DNA of 39,987 nt from Octopus bimaculoides (Eukaryota), in the NCBI RefSeq assembly GCF_001194135.2, contig NC_068999.1, positions 29,030,971 through 29,070,957 of the forward strand, in the 5' to 3' direction. Below are positions 36,270-39,987 of this stretch, one piece after another. Within the stretch, counting starts at the first letter, position 1; every line of letters begins with the position of its first letter. The notes below the pieces were generated by a model. It was not told the origin of the DNA. It did not search any database and saw nothing but the letters and a program-made list of their open reading frames with translations. The translations under genes and the position numbers were made by a program.

Positions 36270-37075
36270 TGGTTGACATTTATCCACATTTAGTAATCAG
36301 CATTTGTTTATGCATTAACTTCATTCATATGCATCACATAACCATACAAACACAGTCTTCTCTCTTGTACACTAAATCTGTTCCCTCTTATGCCTATTTT
36401 TCTCTCAGCAGATTTGGACTTTGTTGTCTATGCACAGTGACATCACTCATCCAGCAGAGCATGCTAACATCATTTCATCTACTCATAGCTTCTGCAATGA
36501 CCACCAGATCAGGCAGTGAGGGACCTTGTTGAAAGATCCTGTCTATGTTGATGAATGCTATGTACAACAGTTTACCTTTGGCTCAACCCCTGCCCTGCAG
36601 TTGCTGTACTAGAAAGAGAGCAGCAGTAATTCTGCCTGCCACAAAAACAAGCTGCTTCTCATCTAGACTAACTCTCTTCCTAATTAATAGAGTTTTAACT
36701 CTTTCTGTAATTTTCATGATCTGGTCCAGTGATGTTGCTGTCATACTTTCCAAGACTAGTCTATGCTTAATTATCCTATCACACACTCTGATTACCTTGA
36801 TCATCTTATCTACCCATTTCTCTGCCAAAAGTATGCCCACATACCCTACACCATCACTGTTACCTTACCTAGAAGAATTTATACTTATGTTCCTTGTCTT
36901 TGGGGAGGCTTTTTGAGATTCCCTTCCAACTTACATCTTGCATGAAACATGTCTATGTGACTCCATTCTTGCATTTTAACAATCTCAACAAACTTACCTT
37001 TCATTGTGCCCACATTGATCATAGCTACTAAGTTTCTGGGAACTTGATAGGATGAGTGAGTAGCAGGCTGGGTAC
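36270..37075 (-). mobile_element. RTE-clade LINE remnant: endonuclease + RT segment + C-terminal segment joined by internal deletions
   Basis: MINVGTMKGK..EIV and VGILLAEKWVDK..RVCDRII (APE endonuclease); LDQIMKITERV..SLDEKQ..FLVQQLQ..LYIAFIN (RT); VSMLCWM..LREKIGIRG..QERRLCLYGYV (C-terminus). Confidence 0.85.
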
Positions 37076-37629
37076 ACCTTTTAACATCTGAAAAGAACAT
37101 TTCTGTGAATATTTACCTGCAGGCAGACAGCTCTTATACATAATCAGATACACTAATGTTATCACTTAGTTGAACCACCCTTTCCTCAGAACCTCGAATA
37201 TTCAAGGGCAAATAAATGAATGAAAAGCAAAGCTTGATATTAAATATCAAGAGGGTATTGAATACTTCTAACAGTGATGTTGGTATTAGAGGTAGGTGAA
37301 GAGGCAGAAAATGAAATGCAGAGGAAGTCTTCAATAGATTAATAAAAATCATACTTAGAACTTGAATACAATGCTTGAGAATTTTATTTAAATACAATGC
37401 TTAACTATATATATATATATATTACAAGAATATTAATGTATTTAAAAGAAAAGTCTGTACAATTGGCTACAAATAAAATATGAATGAAAAAATGGGAAGT
37501 AGTAATAAACAATCAGCAATTATATTACATATTTAAAGAAATAAAGTAATTGATACAACTTAGCTTCCTTGATATTGCATATATCAAGGAAGTGAATGTG
37601 TGTGTGTTTGTGTATGTATCATAATCTTC

Positions 37630-38010
37630 ATCATCATCATTTAACATTTATATTCCATGCAAGCATGGGCTGGAGGATTCAACAGGATCCAACTAACCTA
37701 AGGGCTGCAATGGTCTTCAGTGTTTGCTCTGGTAAGATTTTTATGGTTAGATGCCCTTCCTAATATTGATTAATGTACAGAGTGTGATCACCAAATAACT
37801 TGCAAGACAAGACTTGTACACTAATTAAGGATGTAGTATTGAAGAGGGTGGTTTTATGTCAGATGTAGAGAAATCGAAGTTGGAAAACGAGACAGGAATA
37901 GGTGTTCTGTTGTAGAGGAGATACATGGCTACCCCATGAGGAAAGGGAGATAGGATGGTGGAGATGAGGTGTTAGGGCATACCTTCAAAGTACAAAAACT
38001 TGGAATTAGA
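37630..38010 (-). mobile_element. RTE-3'-UTR-related repeat with (GAT)n tail
   Basis: (CAT)n-TTTAACATT..CCATGCAAGCATGGG...ATGCCCTTCCTAAT. The distal part resembles 14700-14880. Confidence 0.65.
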
Positions 38011-38165
38011 GAAAATAGGGTAGAGAACCAAAGACTGCTGGGTGGTAGGTTTAAGAGAGTGCAATTAAGACCAAAGAAGTATTTGTTTTTTTCTCTATCT
38101 TGAATTGTGATAGGAGTTTCTTTCCAACCTAATACACAATATATATATATATATATATATATATA

Positions 38166-38327
38166 GGCGCAGGAGTGGCTGTGTGGTAAGTAGCTTGTTT
38201 ACCAACCTCATCGTTCCAGGTTCAGTCCCACTGTGTGGCACCTTGGCAGGTGTCTTCTACTATAGCCTCGGGCCGACCAAAGCCTTGTGAGTGGATTTGG
38301 TAGATGGAAACTGAAAGAAGCCCGTCG
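38166..38327 (+). mobile_element. SINE family B, well-preserved head
   Basis: GGCGCAGGAGTGGCTGTGTGGTAAG (A-box-like), GGTTCAGTCCC (B-box-like), ...GAAAGAAGCCCGTCG followed by microsatellite. Confidence 0.88.
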
Positions 38328-38649
38328 TGTATGTATGTGTATGTATATATNNNNNNNNNNNNNNNNNNNNNNNNNNNNNNNNNNNNNNNNNNNNNNNNNN
38401 NNNNNNNNNNNNNNNNNNNNNNNNNNNNNNNNNNNNNNNNNNNNNNNNNNNNNNNNNNNNNNNNNNNNNNNNNNNNNNNNNNNNNNNNNNNNNNNNNNNN
38501 NNNNNNNNNNNNNNNNNNNNNNNNNNNNNNNNNNNNNNNNNNNNNNNNNNNNNNNNNNNNNNNNNNNNNNNNNNNNNNNNNNNNNNNNNNNNNNNNNNNN
38601 NNNNNNNNNNNNTATATATATATATATATATTGTGTATGTGTAACATAA

Positions 38650-38714
38650 GTTTATAAAAAAACCATTAGTTTCATATCTAGCGTGAACTAGACATCTCTT
38701 CAGTTTCTCTAAAC
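38650..38714 (-). ncRNA. Candidate minimal type-I hammerhead ribozyme in an inverted Penelope pseudo-LTR
   Basis: Minus strand GTTTAGAGAAA-CTGAAGA-G-ATGTCTAG-TTCACG-CTAGATAT-GAAAC-TAATG-GTT-TTTTTATAAAC shows the core CUGANGA and GAAA, an 8-bp stem II and an 11-position stem I. Confidence 0.55.
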
Positions 38715-39069
38715 AGTAACCGTTCTCTGCAACGAATGTTTTTTTAAAACACAAGATTTCACTTACCGTGACGGGTCTTTTGTATGTGTGTGGAATATAA
38801 ATGTTAAATGAGGATGATGAAGATTATGATACATACACAAACACATGCACATTCACTTCCTTGATATATGCAATATCAAGGAAGCTAAGTTGTATCAATT
38901 ACTTTATTTCTTTAAATATGTAATATAATTGCTGATTGTTTATTACTACTTCCCATTTTCTCATTCATATTTTATTTGTAGCCAATTGTATAGACTTTTC
39001 TTTTAAATACATTAATATTCTTGTAATATATATATAGTTAAGCATTGTATTTAGATATGTATATGTACC

Positions 39070-39987
39070 TGGATTGAGTAACCATAAAAGGAAGTGCCAC
39101 CACAAGACCTTATGGTTCACTCCCAACTTCTCCCTAAACGTCTGGACATGTGTAGGTAAGATTTTTCTTAGGTTGGTTGACAAGCATTTCACGCGATCAC
39201 AGAAATATAGAAAGATCTTTAACAGACATAATGTAAGAATCTCTTTCAGTTATGCGCCCAATGTTAAGAATAAATTACTTAGCACTCCTAAGCCACGGAC
39301 AGGGGCAGGTTGTTCATGCAGGATTAAAAATGAATGCCCAGTGGACAGCCGATGTGACACTGAGGCTACAGTGTCTACTAAGCAAAGGTAGCCTCAAACA
39401 GAAACAGCATAAATATCAATAACATCAATGCCAACACAGGAACACACACTAAAATTTATGCTGGATCTTGTGAATCCAGATTTAAAATTCGCCTGAACAA
39501 CCACAGGTCTTATTTCAGGGTCCTGGAGAGATGCAACACAACAACACTTGCAGCATATGTATGACACCTAAAGGACGATCATATGCCCTTTAACATCAGG
39601 TGAAAATTTTTGGAAACTTGTAGACCCTATTGTAATGGAACAAGACTGTGTAAATTGTGTTTGGCAGAAAGATTTATAATCGTCATGAACTAACATGAGC
39701 CAGAAGGCTACCTTAACTCCAGGATAGAAGCCGTGGGGAGTTATCCACATTTTTGGAAATTTTTACTTCAAAATTGGAAAACCTAGCTATCAAGCGAAGG
39801 AAGACAAATTACCTGGCCATAATTTTTAAAGAGGATTATTTCTTGAACTATCACCGGTGTTCTTGTGTTTTAAAAGAATATTCTTTGCAGAGAACGGTTA
39901 CTGTTTAGAGAAATTGAAAAGATGTCTTGTTCATGCTAGATATGAAACCAATGGTTTTTTTATAAACTTACGTTACACATACACTAT
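39070..39987 (+). mobile_element. Penelope-like element (PLE) 3' part: RT C-terminus, GIY-YIG endonuclease and pseudo-LTR
   Basis: LWFTPNFSLNV..VGKIFLRLVDKHF..KIFNRHNVRISFS, CSCRIKNECP, KIYAGSCESRFKIRLNNH, CKLCLAE, LNSR (frame ends at 39786). The downstream 39861-39987 segment is repeated in inverted orientation at 38632-38756. Confidence 0.9.

Larger units (their letters stand above)
37389..39053. repeat. Inverted repeat pair: 37389-37657 and 38791-39053
   Basis: Aligned by eye: about 5 substitutions plus a 6-nt (TA)n length difference over about 265 bp. Confidence 0.92.

Overview
AT-rich, microsatellite-dense eukaryotic DNA with six N gaps (3404-3413, 7668-7862, 21518-22012, 23564-23808, 31018-31370, 38351-38612). 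The SINE families and repeat style look like a cephalopod (Octopus-type) genome; this is recalled resemblance, not a database result. No intact, recognisable host gene is present. The recognisable coding remnants are all decayed transposons: a CR1-group LINE, a Helitron PIF1 helicase fragment, two R4/Dong-clade LINE pieces, a Tigger/pogo transposase, RTE LINE pieces, a Tc1 transposon with DD36E spacing and both TIRs, an L1/Tx1 LINE 3' end and a Penelope GIY-YIG end. At least four tRNA-type or unclassified SINE-like families are also present. The most interesting signals are: a minimal type-I hammerhead fold in inverted Penelope pseudo-LTRs; a tandemly amplified H-type pseudoknot-like motif in an RTE 3' UTR family; a 94-bp templated insertion inside the Tx1 remnant; a ~265-bp inverted duplication next to the Penelope element; and a speculative chain of + strand splice-bounded exons downstream of a CpG-rich region. 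All repeat boundaries were read by eye and are approximate (about +/-10-30 bp) unless a TIR or TSD is given.
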